A stretch of 64,000 nucleotides of DNA, taken from the NCBI RefSeq assembly GCF_009914755.1, contig NC_060937.1. One strand, 5' to 3'. The position numbers and the translations under genes are program-made. The notes beneath the pieces are model-generated. The model saw only the letters and a list, made by a program, of their open reading frames with translations, did no database searches and was not told where the DNA came from. Shown one piece after another: positions 28,551 through 42,060 of this stretch; within the stretch, counting starts at the first letter, position 1; each line of letters begins with the position of its first letter. The stretch is from the human T2T-CHM13v2.0 reference genome, Homo sapiens.

Positions 28551-28806
28551 AAGTTAAATGGGAAAAAAGAAAAAAGTGAGAAAAATTCAAAGAAAATAGA
28601 TGAAATGGGAAAAAGAAAAAATAATAAAGTGAGAAAATAAAAATAAACATGAGAAAAACAAAAATAAAGAAAAGAAAATGAAAGAAATAAGAGAAAGGAA
28701 ACAGAAAAGAAAAAATAAATTGAAAAATGAAGGAAAAAAGGGGGAAAAAAAGAAAAAATGTAGAGAAAAGAGGAAAAGATAGGAAAAAAAAAAAAAAAAA
28801 AAAAAA
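28551..28806 (-). repeat. T/pyrimidine-rich low-complexity tract (A-rich on +)
   Basis: About 255 nt of almost only A/G on +, ending in a long A run; source of the spurious poly-Phe ORFs. Confidence 0.9.
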
Positions 28807-28910
28807 CCAGCAACAACAAGGAGAAAACAAGCTAGATACAATCAGAGTCCACAGGTTACCAAAAACAGCTTCCTGATCTACGCGAACCAAAAACCTAGGC
28901 CCAGTTGGGG

Positions 28911-28920
28911 CCTTATATAG
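28911..28920 (-). promoter_or_regulatory. TATA box of the kinase pseudogene
   Basis: CTATATAAGG on minus strand, oriented toward the leader and kinase. Confidence 0.6.
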
Positions 28921-28950
28921 ATGTGTGTAATTCCATCACAGTGACTGTTT

Positions 28951-29262
<312 letters not shown>

Positions 29263-29274
29263 CACAGTGGCTCT

Positions 29275-29285
29275 TTGTGATGTCA
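29275..29285 (-). promoter_or_regulatory. CRE-like element TGACATCACAA
   Basis: One mismatch from TGACGTCA; lies 32 nt upstream of the TATA once the Alu and one TSD copy are removed. Confidence 0.5.
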
Positions 29286-29759
29286 GGGTAAAACATGGAC
29301 TAATCATGACTGGATATATTTCACTATGGTTTTTTCACTTTTGGCCCCAAGAACATTTTCTTTTTTTAATAAAAAGTGCTTTTTATCTAGGTGGGTCATA
29401 GAGATTGATGGTTTCTTAGCTACTTAAACCTGTACGGTGCCTCAATGGCATTTTCGTTTGTAGTTTGAAAATCTGCAATGAATTTTGGCTTTCAAAGACC
29501 TCCTAATGTCTACATTGAAAATATTCCATTCCTTTTTTAAAAAAACTCTGAATGATTCGTCTCAGTTATGGTGGGGATGAGGGGGATATTTTTCTTCTCT
29601 TGTAGGGTTTTTCCTTTCTCATATGGTTGAGATCATGTCACAGATGCAGAAGGAAACAGACAGACCCTACCCTTATGGAGCTTATCCTCGTACGGTGATG
29701 AGCATCAGGTGAAGTGGGGACCAGAGAATAGTCTTCTGGGCCACAGGTTGGTGCTGGGT

Positions 29760-30130
29760 GAGGTGGAAGGAGGTGCTTCCTGGAAGCCAGAGTGCTGAGC
29801 CCCGCAGTACGAATAGGAGTCACCTAAGTGAGCACGGGACCGCTTAGGAGAGTAGCCTCTGTGAAGGCCTGGGGATGACAGAGTGTGGCACGCTGGAGGG
29901 ATGATGCTAGTCTAAAGGTGGGACTGGGGCTGGGTTGGGAGAGCTCAAGTCCCAGGACAGAATCGGAGCCTGTGTTCTGAGAGCAGAGGGCTCTATGGAA
30001 TAGTTTAATGTAAAGGGGACACAGTCAGGTCTGTGTCTCAGGAAGGGACATCTGGTAGCTCTTGGAGGGTAAGGTGGACGGGGCTGGCAGCGAACAGGCT
30101 GACAAGTGAGTACTTGGCAACCACCACAGT
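29760..30130 (-). mobile_element. L2 fragment
   Basis: gcttcctggaag...gcctctgtgaaggcctgggg...cacagtcaggtctgtgtctcaggaag; approximate. Confidence 0.45.
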
Positions 30131-30497
30131 GGGATCCTCTGCAGTGGGAGAGGAGCCCAGCCTGGGCAGGGAGTCAAGGGGCAGAGCTGTAGGACCCCTC
30201 AGAGCGAACTCCTGCTCTCTGCACCCCAGCTGTGTCACCAGAGGGAGGGGACCTCCTATGGAGCGCCACATTTCCTGCAGGTTGGGTGGGAATGACGCCT
30301 TGTTCAACAGACCTAAGCACCGCCATTTTACATGTGGAGAGACTGTAGGGCCCTTGACACCATGGTTATCCTAGGCCATGAGAGGAAGTGAGAGCTTTGT
30401 GTGAAATATTTTAATTCTTCCTTTGTTTACTGGAATTCTTACTTTGTTTAAAGACTCCATAGTTTTACTCATTGACCCACTTTCATTAAACAAATAA

Positions 30498-30810
30498 TTT
30501 TTTTGAATCTTTTGAAAATTTCAATAACTTTTGGGGTACAAGTGGTTTTTGGTTACATGGCTGAATTGTATTGTGGTGAAGTCTGAGATTTTTAGTGCAT
30601 TCATTCCTCAAGTAATGTGCACTGAACTCAATATGTAGATTTTTACTCCTCACCTGCCTCCCACCCTCCTCTCTTCTGACTGAGTCTCTAAAGCTCATTA
30701 TACCACTCTGTATGTGTTTGCATACCAATAGCTTAGCTCTCACTTATAAGTGAGAACACACAGTGGTTTTCCATTCCTGAGTTACTTCACTTGGAATGAT
30801 GGCCTCCATC
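30498..30810 (-). mobile_element. L1PB-type 3' end
   Basis: ttttggggtacaagtggtttttggttacatgg...gcttagctctcacttataagtgagaaca. Confidence 0.9.
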
Positions 30811-32958
30811 CTTCCTCTTTTTTTATTGGCGACAACAGTCAACTGTGGCTCATTTGAGAGTAAAATTATCTCTTGTTCCCAAGTCATCAAAATAATCACA
30901 TGCTCCCATAACTAACACCATCTTAGGCATCATCAACATCATCAACAATCTTTACTAAACACCTAGATGTGCATGATACTGTTAGGTTTGACCTATCAGA
31001 AGGAACTATTTCCGGATCCCTGAAACTTGCCTAGAGCTTTCTTTAACACTCAGAGAGTATGCTTGAAATAGAAAAATCGTTCACTTGGCTTTGTCAAGCA
31101 ATCAGGCTTAGATCCCTGGAGTAGATACCCTTTTCCCTGACGTTGCTGCCATGTGTTGTAGGAGTAAAGCAAATACAAAAGATGGTAGAGGAGGCATCTC
31201 TCTACTGTTGACCAAAGGACCAGGAATTTCCCAGCTCTGCAGTAACTGAACTCTCTAAAGAAGAGCATGACTAATTCGTATGAATATTACCTTCTTTAGC
31301 TTTCATAGAAGCCTCTAAAGCATGACACTTAATTGTTTTTCTTATTAGTTCAAAAATAAAACATGTTGAAGATATTACCATGGCTACTCCTTTAATTAAT
31401 AAAAAGGCTGTGTTGAGTTTAAAAACAACTAACTCTTTTCATATCCAAGTTACTTTTAGTAGCTATTATAAATTATTACCTTCCTTTACATCAGAAGTTT
31501 CTTATGACTAAAGGCCGAGCCAGCCCCCATGATGCTCTTTAACAATGACTCTTATGTTTCTTTTGGTAAACTCATAATGTTAATTACACTGTGCAACAGA
31601 TGGAGCGCCTTCCATCAAGGACCTCAATGCACCTTAGAAACATCATGAGTCATCAAAGCCCTTCTGTAATGGAGGTAAATATCCATGGCCACAATTTTAC
31701 AGTTAAAGAAGCACGAAGAAGGTAAGTGTCTTTGTTTTTTAAAGCCGAATACATTTTGGTAAAACAATTTATCATTTAAGAAGGCAGAGAAACTCGAAGA
31801 ATATTTACTGAACAAAGAAATGAATGAAATGGTTCATCAGCAAGATTTGGTTCCCTCTCAATAAATACCTGAACGATATTAATTATTTTGATGAGTGATG
31901 GGTAAATAGATCAGAAGCTATCTACTGCCAGCTAATCAGTCTTTATAATGACTGGTGTGGAAAATGGCTACTTGACTACCTTAGTGATAGAGCAAATCTA
32001 GATAATAAAAATGGCCACTTTTGTAACATGATACAGAAACACTGAAATTTTGAGCTAAAAGATTCTAAAGGTTGTCCAGTTAAGCACTTTAACATTTTAG
32101 ATGAGAAAATTGAGATCCAGAAATGTTAATAGGTGGCCTGCATGAAATCATTTAGCTTTTGAAACCTTAATTTAATTTAATACTTCTTCCTGTTTCAGAA
32201 AGTATTTACTTGGCTCGGTCTCTCAGCTGGTTAGTGGCATTGATAACTAGAATCCAGGCTCCTGACCTTAAGTAATCCATCTTCCCGCCAAATTTCATTT
32301 AAAAAAAAACTTTTACAAATGATTGTCTTCCTACACCCTAAGTATCATAAAAAACATATAAAGTGAAATTTGTTAGGAGGTTACTTTTGTTACACTTTTC
32401 TTTAATTGATGGGGAATCTGATATTCAGGAAATTGAAGGGAATCACTCAGGGTCCCATGGCTGGTTACCAGCATACAGAGGCCTAGAATCCCTACTTCCC
32501 CTCTTTTCCACTACTTCAGAATCTGGAACTTTCATCTGTTAATCAAGATACCAATAACCAAAACCACCTATATAATTTCATTCTGATTTTTCTGCAATCT
32601 TTGTTTACTAAAAACAAATGAGAAATAAACAAGGTAATATTAGGGATTTTAAAAATGAAAAAAAAAGAAAGAAAATAGAGTCCAGGACATACCATTAGAT
32701 CAGTAGTAATTGAAATTCCCGTCATTTATTTGATATCTTTCAAACCCGTGAATCCAGATAATGATTATAACTTATTCTAAGAACATTGAAGCATTATAAG
32801 ATACCAAAGTGCTTACTGACTTTTCAGAGATTAAACTATTTCCATGAAGGTTTCAAGGCTGTACATTTTTTTTTATTTATGATGAAAACTGGCAATCACA
32901 GGCAAAATGTATAGTAATCCTCACTGAGCAAGAACATCTAAATAAAATAGCACATTGA

Positions 32959-33105
<147 letters not shown>

Positions 33106-36100
33106 TGATTCTGAATCATCATTGATGACTAAGTGTTTCTAGCATTTTTATATATTTTGAGTTTGCATCATCCCATTCTACAATCACAATTCTTTAATTA
33201 AATGGAGATCACCCAATGACACAGAAGAATGCTTGAATTAGTTTTCAAGATAGTTTTTCCTCTAATTTTTACATAGCCTTTCCTCCTGTGGAAGTTAGCA
33301 TGCAAATATACACTTTGGACCATCTAGTCTATTTTTTTTTAATTCTAAAGTGAAAGAGCCATGTCATACAAATATTACAATAGGATAACACTTTGCACTT
33401 ATATGGCATTTTTAATTGAAGTTGGTAAGGACTATGGGCAATTCTTTGGAGAGCCCTGTGAATGAGTGAAACAGACTCCTCCTATTTCCGAGATGGAGAA
33501 GGTGAGGACTAGGGGTGGAGGTGAGGAGGAGAATTGTTAAAGACTTTCCTTGAACGCAGTTCTCAAGTTGTCAAGTGCTCCTTGTATGTCTTCAACTTCA
33601 ATGGCAGACACAGTAGACCTAGGGAGGAAGTATTGGACTGTGATTCTGAAAATATCACCTCTAGACATATTTCCTATTGCTAATATTTATTCTGCTGCCT
33701 TTACATCTCGTTTCCTTGACACACGTAATCTTACCATATGAAAATGATTCCCTGTTACTATATGTATTGGAAATCATTCGTAGAGCTTTGCATTACTCTG
33801 TTTATCTCTCTGTGTGTACTAGGGTCTTTGAAAGGTTGTACTGTGGAATTTGTACTGTGAGTTGAATATTAATAAGATAAGGAGAAGAAATAAGTTTTCC
33901 CCTTCCTTTATAACCCCACACTGGCCCTGTGAGCAGGAAAACCAGCTCACATGGGTAGGCCTAGACATCCCAGCTCTGCCATCCGTATCCCGTTAATACC
34001 TCATGACAAATGGAGGGGCTGCTTTATGACAGTTTTGGATTTTCTAAGTAAAACATTCAAGAAGTCAGCATCCTCTGCTTTAGTTGAGTGCTTTATTTAT
34101 TAGGGGAACTATGAAATTTTAGCCTGTTGCTCTCCTTTTTACCTTTTTTTTTTTTAAAGTATAGTTAAGGATTAGCAAAGACTTTTACCACAAGGAACAA
34201 AGCATTTCAAACTCCTTAAAGAGATAACACTAATATTCTACTTTATTTCTGTATTTGCACATACAAAAACTAATTTTTGTAGATATTTTTCCTCTTGCAG
34301 GCTCTTATCTTCCTCTCCTTGTCTAGGCCCTTAACCTCAGTGTAAAAGAGGCAAATGATCTATAGAAAAATATTTTAGGTGTATATATAAATGAAGCTTA
34401 GAATGAGAAAGTTAAGATGGGAAAGTTGACACTAAAGTTTCTTTTTATTTTTTCCTATAGCTGATTGATAGGTAAACTCAGAGGCCATTTTTTAATCAGT
34501 GGTTATTGTACTTTACATTCTTACATCTATTACACCATCTGAGAATACCCAAGTGTTTAATGGCAATTGGAATGGAATCTTCATAACATCTTTTCAAATT
34601 AAATAGATGGCTTGCACTGTTAGTCTCATTCGTTAGAGAAAGAAAGGATATTAATTGTGAATTACGTGAACCAAAGAACATTGGTAGCCTAACTAGTAAC
34701 TGAAGTCTAAGTTCAAGTTCTTGCTCTAAAAATTTGAATTCAGGTCAGTTCAACAAACTGGAAGGAGTCTCTACCATGCCATGCACAAGGCTGTAGTATA
34801 AGTCGGAAGGGAGAGTAAGGGTTAAATTAAGGTTAGTTTTCAGGCCACTGACTCCAGATTTTAAAATTATGACTGAAATTATATACTTTTCTGTATATTG
34901 TGTTCTGTAGTTGGAAAAAAAGTATAGAGAGTGATGAGGTGCCCAATAAATGCTCAGATAAGAGAATGGAGTCAATAATTGGTAACTAAGTTATTTCAAA
35001 GTTAGATGAGAGTCAAATTTATTTCTAAGCAGTGGGAATTTTGATATTTATTTACCAAAGCTTCTGAAAATTATTACAACTTCTAAAAGCCATTCTATCA
35101 ATGATGTTAACTGAATCTTTATCATATGCAAAGCATCGTCCCAGGTGCTATGGGGATCCAGAAATAAGAATCCGAAGGGCAGCATTGAGCACTGTAAGCT
35201 AACATGGAATAAGTGCTTGCACAGAGTCATGACCTCTGGTTTACCAATTACGAAGCCTTAGCTCATTTTTCTGCATTACTCCCTCAATTGCTTTGGTTTA
35301 TATAGCTTCCCACTTTCAGTAGACTTTATATTATAGAATGTTCCCATTTACTATTTTATTGTATCTCTTTAGCATTCTTGAGATTGAAGCAATGCATTTT
35401 TTATGATCTCCATTACATAGACCCAACTGAAGTTAGTAAGAAGTTAAATGAATTTTTCAAGGTCAAGCAAAGAGCAAGGGTGAGACCTCTGTCTCCTGTC
35501 TACCCCACTCATTTTCTTTTCACTAAACTGCCTTGCCTGAAGGACTATTTGAGCTTCCTAGTAAAAAGTTGAAAGGCACTTCATAATATTTTCTTCAGTA
35601 AGCTTTCTCTTATTAAGATATTTTATTACACTATCATTACAATGAAAATAAGGAAATAAAAATATATCTCATCCCACTCACCCAATTTATTTTCCTCAAT
35701 GATCTTCTATGCTGATACAAAGTTTTAGAAATGAGATCATATCACATTAATTGCTGCATCCAATAAATGTTGAGTGATTATTGTACTAACTGTAGGAATG
35801 ACTATAAAAGAATCTCACCCCTTTCTTATGGTATGTATCGTCTGCCTTCGATATTTATTTATCACATTTCTTGTCTTCTGAATTAGATTTTAGTTGTTGG
35901 GGGATAGAAACCATATCTGACCTACTTTTGTTTTAAATCTCCTCAGCACTTTGCACCACAAACTGAATGGAGAACAGAGAACCGTGCTCAATAAACGTTT
36001 GCTTAATGAATGAGTGATTACTTCTGCTGAGGAAAACAAAACATGAACACGTTGGTGACAGTGGATTAATTCTCTGCTTGCCTTCTCTCCCTCTTGTTTG

Positions 36101-36289
36101 AGATCCCTGAAGGCTCTTGCTGGGTGTTCTCTCTCTCCAGTAGCATAGCTGGTCCTTGAAAGCCTAACTTTAAGTCCTGGTCTCACATTCCTAGTGTCTC
36201 TCTTGTGGCTTCCTGGTTCCACACAAGTACTCCAAAAATGTTTGTAGAATGGAGGCAGCAAGGAAGGAGGGCGGGGAGAAAGAGTAGCT

Positions 36290-36500
36290 AATGATATGCT
36301 TAACAATTCTTGCATGCTCTCTAAGGGCTGGGAACTGCTTTAAATGCCTTATTGGATCAAGTCATTCACTCCCTTCAACAATCCTACTAAGTAGATCCAA
36401 TCAGTAGCCCCAATTAAAACCAAACCACAGAGAGAGTAAGCAATTTGTCCAAGCTCACATAGCTAAGTGGTAAAGGCAGAATTCAGACCCAGTGTTTTGG
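36290..36500 (-). mobile_element. MIR SINE
   Basis: agagagtaagcaatttgtccaagctcacatagctaagtggtaaaggcagaattcagaccca. Confidence 0.65.
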
Positions 36501-36948
36501 TTTTTTGTTTGTTTGTTTTTGTTGTTTGTTTGTTTTGTCACTGAGTTAATCTGTGTCTTGATATAGCCACCTGGATTTTCAGTACAGCACAGGATAAAAA
36601 AGGTAAGGAAGGAAACAACAGTCACTCACGGAGCATCGGTAACAACCAACATATTATAGTGGAAGAAGCCTAGAAAGAGCCGAAAATCCCGTGTCCCAAT
36701 AAGAATGTTTTCGTATTCAGTTAACTTCATCTAATGTCTCTGGACTTGCTATTCTAATCTGCTAAATGGGTATAATTATCCTAGACCTGCCTTGCTCAGA
36801 GTTGTAAATTTATGCAAACACAATTTGAAATTAAGTGTATAATGCGCTATGACTATGTAAGCTAAGTATTTTAACAGCTGTTATATACATGTCACGGCAT
36901 ATTTTACCTGTTACTCTCAACAAATCTTCATATAACAAATATCAACTT

Positions 36949-37092
36949 TATTCAACTGAATAGAGGCACAAAATGAGCATTATTAGACTTTATAGATTCT
37001 GCGCAAATGCAGCTTGATAAAAAGTTTTAATATTATCAAAGCCTTTTTATATAAAGTTTTATGATGGCGCTGAATGGAGTCTCAGTTGAATA
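36949..37092. repeat. Nested imperfect palindrome (three stems)
   Basis: 11-bp perfect outer arms, 14/17 middle arms, 7-bp inner arms. Confidence 0.55.
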
Positions 37093-37419
37093 TTAGACAT
37101 AGCGAGCATTACCCAATGAACTCACGATACAAGGGTGGAGGAAATGGTTGTTGTTGGTGGTATTGGGGTAAATATATAATGAGAGAAAAGAGCTCCACCT
37201 GCTGATCAGCAGTGCCACTTCCTACCACACCCTTGGAAGTCAGCCTCATACACAGTGGATCATAGCCTGTTCACTTTGGAAAATAACGTTAAGAACATAA
37301 TTACCATCACCACATACACGCAAATGCACAAAGCCTACCACTTACTGAGTACTTATTTTTTCCCAGGCGATGGAAAGTGATTTCTATTAATCCTGATACC
37401 CCGCCTCCCCCCTCGCCCA

Positions 37420-37620
37420 GGGGTAGTGATAGAGCAGAGCCTGAATCCGGGCCACTCGGCTCAAAGCCTGAATCTTCCATTTTCTAGGTGTGGCCTTGGG
37501 CAATAAATTTCCCTTGGCCTTCATTTCTCCATCTGTAAACAGAGATTATAATAACTTCTACCTCATCGGGTTGTTACAACGATCCAATGAATCAATGTTT
37601 GTGAAGAATTTACAAAAATT
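37420..37620 (+). mobile_element. MIR SINE, 3' end interrupted by AluY
   Basis: tgtggccttgggcaataaatttcccttggccttcatttctccatctgtaaac. Confidence 0.65.
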
Positions 37621-38041
<421 letters not shown>

Positions 38042-39999
38042 TCAGGAGTTGAACACAGACTGTCTGACCTCAGTGCCTATGCTCTTAAGCACCAGGCTAT
38101 GTAGCTTCTCAATATGTGACGATGATGAAATAAAACCTAAAGGAACTAAGGACATGTCGTTGAGTTATTTACAGGAATGATGATTTGCTATTTGAATTAC
38201 ATCAAGTTTAGCTCTTTCCGTTATTTTATTTCTTATGTTGGATTCCTAATCATTGCCTCCCCAACCCCTTAGCTTCAGCCAATTGTTGCTACAGGAATTT
38301 TCACAAAACATAGCCATAATGATCCCACATGATGGCAATCATGAAACACTTCTCTTTTTATTTTTCTTATCATTTTGATGGCCTTTCCTAAGCACCTCCT
38401 TGCCACTGCTTGCAAATTTCTCATTTTAAGGTTCTGTCTCAACTGGATTGTTAAAATCACAATCCAACTCCTGATATAAAGGCATGTAGTAGTCATGATA
38501 ATCGGTTCACTATGTTGAGGCTGCTTATGGGAATGTTCATGGTCCAGAGAAATCATAAAGAAACGACTTCATGTTTAACACAGTGTGGAATTGGCTCCAA
38601 CTGCTGAGGCAATGACTTTAGACTCGTTGGAGAAATTTGGAATTTGGGTTGAGGGGTGGGACATCCTGCTTTGAGTTGACTGATGATTCCTATTTGAGAA
38701 AAGCGGAGAGTCTAAAGGTAAGAGGAAATATTGGAGGAAAGTTCTGAGCATCAGTAACCCCAAACTGAAGTTGAAGAAGAGACAAAGCCATAGAGGGTCA
38801 TCCACATACAGCTTCTTTTCCCACCTAATGCCAACATATTACAAGATGTAGTCACAATTTAATGATATGGGAAGTGGAATAAAATATTTATTTGGAGAAA
38901 CGATTGGAAACTTATTACACCATTTTAAGTATAATTGGATCTGTCTGAATTTTACATGGCCTTTAAAAAATTTGTTAAGCACCCAAAAAGAAACAAAGAT
39001 AATTAAAATATTGGGAAATAGAATAGATGAAGAAAAGTTAAAGGGCTGTGGGAAATGTAATTTGAAAAGAAAGCAATTAGGGAAAACTTCAGTGTTTTCA
39101 AGTCTATGGAATGTTATTTATTAAAGAAACAAGTATTCTTGGTTCTCTATTTCCATAGAGATCAGAAATAGAAATGGGCTTAAGTTGCCGCAAGAAAGCT
39201 TATGTTTACACACAAGAAAAAACTTCTTGATTAAACTCTAGAACTTACTAGGGAGGGAAATTGTGGGTCTTTGCTCCAGGAAATCTTTAAGAATTGAAGA
39301 GGTAAGCCCTGGGTAATCTGATGTGGTGTTGGGTTAAAGCAGAAGGCTTAACTGGAATTTCTTTAGGTCTCATCCAGTACTTAAATGCCATGATTGTATA
39401 AATAAGAATTTGTCCACAAAGCAGGAAGGAAGCAGACAGAACAACCAGGCATGGCTCATTTAGCAATGCAGTTGCTATTTCTGAGGGAAGATTTCTGGAA
39501 ATCTCTGTTCTGAAGTAGAGTTACAATGTCATAGCCAAAACCTTGTGAACAACTTAGAAGGTCCTGGTCAGACATTCACTTTTTTTTTTTAGCCTTACTG
39601 ATAGAGTCAACTTAAGTAACAAAGGACGTAGTTATAATTTTCCTTTTGTGTAGGAATTTATGACCATTTTGAGAGTGCCTGTGTATCTACAAAATAATTC
39701 ATGTTAGAATAAATAGAATATTTTAGATGAATTTGTCTGACATGGCTACAATCTAGGCAGTTGCTTTTTGGTAGTTTTCTGATGGTTGTTCTCAAATGGG
39801 AATTAAAAGCTGATGTCAGTGTATGAGGGTGATAGTAAGGTATCCCCCAGAATTTTGAAAATAAGGTGCTCTTTTTTAAAACATTAACTTTCCATGAAGT
39901 TAGAATTGCAAAATTCTTACACAATGGATATGATTAGCCATCTGTATATGGTGAATTGAGAATTTGGGAAATACTATCATTTCAACTTAGGTAAACGGA

Positions 40000-40040
40000 G
40001 GAATATGAGAAAGAAAGACTGGAATATGAGAAAGAAAGAC
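40000..40040. repeat. 21-bp-period tandem duplication
   Basis: ggaatatgagaaagaaagac t ggaatatgagaaagaaagac. Confidence 0.95.
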
Positions 40041-40369
40041 AATGTGGTTGTAACTTTGTACTCAGTTTGTGGAAACTCAAACATTTGTTTCCTTTCCTGA
40101 CTTGGAGGAAACATCTCTGATAACAAGGCTCATCAAATACGGAGGCCTAGAAAATGTTGAGAGTCACAGAAGCCAAATCTCAGGGGAGACTTGGCAAGAC
40201 CCTCCTCTACTGGCTGAGGATCTCATGCTGTTTAAGGTCAGCTCAGTCCTCCATTCTGATTCCCTCCATGCTCCTCACCATGCAACCTTCAGATGATTTG
40301 CCTTTCCACCTGGCTGGGTGGTGGGATAAAGTGTACTGATCTTCCAACCTTCCTGACAGTTGAATTTCT

Positions 40370-40669
40370 TTATATATATATTTTTTATTTCAACCACTTG
40401 TACCCCAAATTTTTTATTTGTGTACTCATAGCTTAGCTCCCATTTATAAGTGAGAACATAACGGTTTTTGGTTTTCCACTCCTGTGTTACTTCACTTAGA
40501 ATAATGGCCTCTAGCTCCATCCAAGATGCTGCAAAAGACACTATTGCATTCCTTTTAATGAATGAGTAGTATTCCACAGTGTGTGTGTGTATATATATAT
40601 ATTTCTTATATATACATACAAGAAATAATATATACAAGAAATAAATACATACATATACATATATATTTC

Positions 40670-40714
<45 letters not shown>

Positions 40715-40961
40715 AGAAAATGTGAGATATATATATATATCATTGACTCATTAGTCAATGGGCACGTAAGTTGGTTCCACATCTTTGCAGTTGTGAATTA
40801 CGCTGTTATAAATATATGTGTGCAAGTGTCTTTTTCATATAATGACATCTTTTTCATATAATGACATATAATGACATCTTTTCCTTTGGGTAGATACCCA
40901 GTAGTGGGATTGCTGGATCGAATTGTAGATTTACCTTTAGCTCTTCAAGGAATCTTCATAA
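40370..40961 (-). mobile_element. L1PB-type 3' fragment with embedded (TA)n/(TG)n expansion
   Basis: gggtagatacccagtagtgggattgctggatc and gcttagctcccatttataagtgagaac; perfect 17-bp TSD ctgacagttgaatttct 40353-40369 and 40962-40978. Confidence 0.92.
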
Positions 40962-41639
40962 CTGACAGTTGAATTTCTCATAGCAAATGATTTATAGATC
41001 AGTTGCTATGAGCTGAGTTCACGTAAATCTACTCACAAGAGATGACTTGCCCATTGGCAGGCTTGTAAGAGGGGTCTGAATCTATAGGTTTCATATCATG
41101 GTATTTTTTTTTACAATGAATGCAAACAAGGATTGTCTAAGCAGTCTCTCTCTCTTTCTCTCTGTCTCATTGCTTGCCCTCCTCAAGCTGAAACAAAAAT
41201 ATTATTTTAAAATATTTTCCATTCAAGTAATGATTCTTCTCCAGCTCACACAGATGAGATCTCCCTCCTTACCCCTAGAAGGTGGAGATGATGAGTTTGG
41301 GTTACGCCTTCATAGAAGGAGGCACTGAGAGGCTCTCAAGCTGTGCAGCAAGAATGGTTCTCATGTGAGAACAGTGGTGGGGTTGATGACTCACAGGAGC
41401 ACCGGCCACATTTAATAGACACTTTGTACCTCAATCATTTTGAAATGTTAAGAACTCCAATATTCATTTTGACACGTATTGGTAGTTTCCTGCATTGCTT
41501 TCCAGTGCGTCAATAGTAAGGCTTTGTCTAGATGACTGGTAACAATACGGTTCCATATATCATAAAACTGTGTAGATAAATGTGTATTGGTTTTAGATAG
41601 TCATGGATTTCCCAACTCTTACACCAGCACTGTAGTGAA

Positions 41640-42060
41640 TCTCACTACCACACTACCTCTGGTTGTGACCTTATCAGGTTTCATAAGCTGAATAGGCTTT
41701 GGCTGGGACAATTTGTGAGTGGCAACAACCCAAAGAAAACCAGGTGCTACAGGAAGTGGAACGGGTGATTCAGTCAGGTTCATTCTTTCTTATGATTCAG
41801 GCTGACCCACTAACTAATCATTGTGAGTGGGCACTCTGCTTTCAGGGATGCTTGTGAATAAGACGTATAGTAAATGTCTTAATCACTTTTGCTGACTGAA
41901 AAGCTTTCACAGAGATTGTTTTTCAGAATTTCGAAATGGAGAAATCAATTCTATTGTGGTAATAAAAGTTATTGGTAATCCCATGGTGGATATGGTATAT
42001 GCTCTATTTCCTATCTTTACTCAATATTGCAATGTGCAATATGTTATTAAGTACCCAAGG
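41640..42060 (+). mobile_element. AmnSINE1 (5S rRNA-derived head plus Deu domain)
   Basis: Degenerate 5S-like head, then ccaaagaaaaccaggtgctacaggaagtgg (41730-41759) and ggtgattcagt (41764-41774) matching my recollection of the AmnSINE1 consensus; weaker collinear matches to ~42060. Confidence 0.72.

Noticed and set aside
28492-28890. Three overlapping Phe-rich ORFs resembling membrane proteins
   Set aside because: Translation artefacts of a T-rich low-complexity tract, open in all three frames.
31600-31726. Short ORF MERLPSRT... ending at a strong aag|GTaagt donor
   Set aside because: No recognisable homology, weak acceptor, no partner exons.
40275-40861. 146-aa and 99-aa ORFs
   Set aside because: Made of (TA)n/(TG)n repeats plus a scrap of L1 ORF2 C-terminus.
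41640-41760. 5S rRNA gene
   Set aside because: Far too diverged, and continues into SINE body sequence; read as the AmnSINE1 head.
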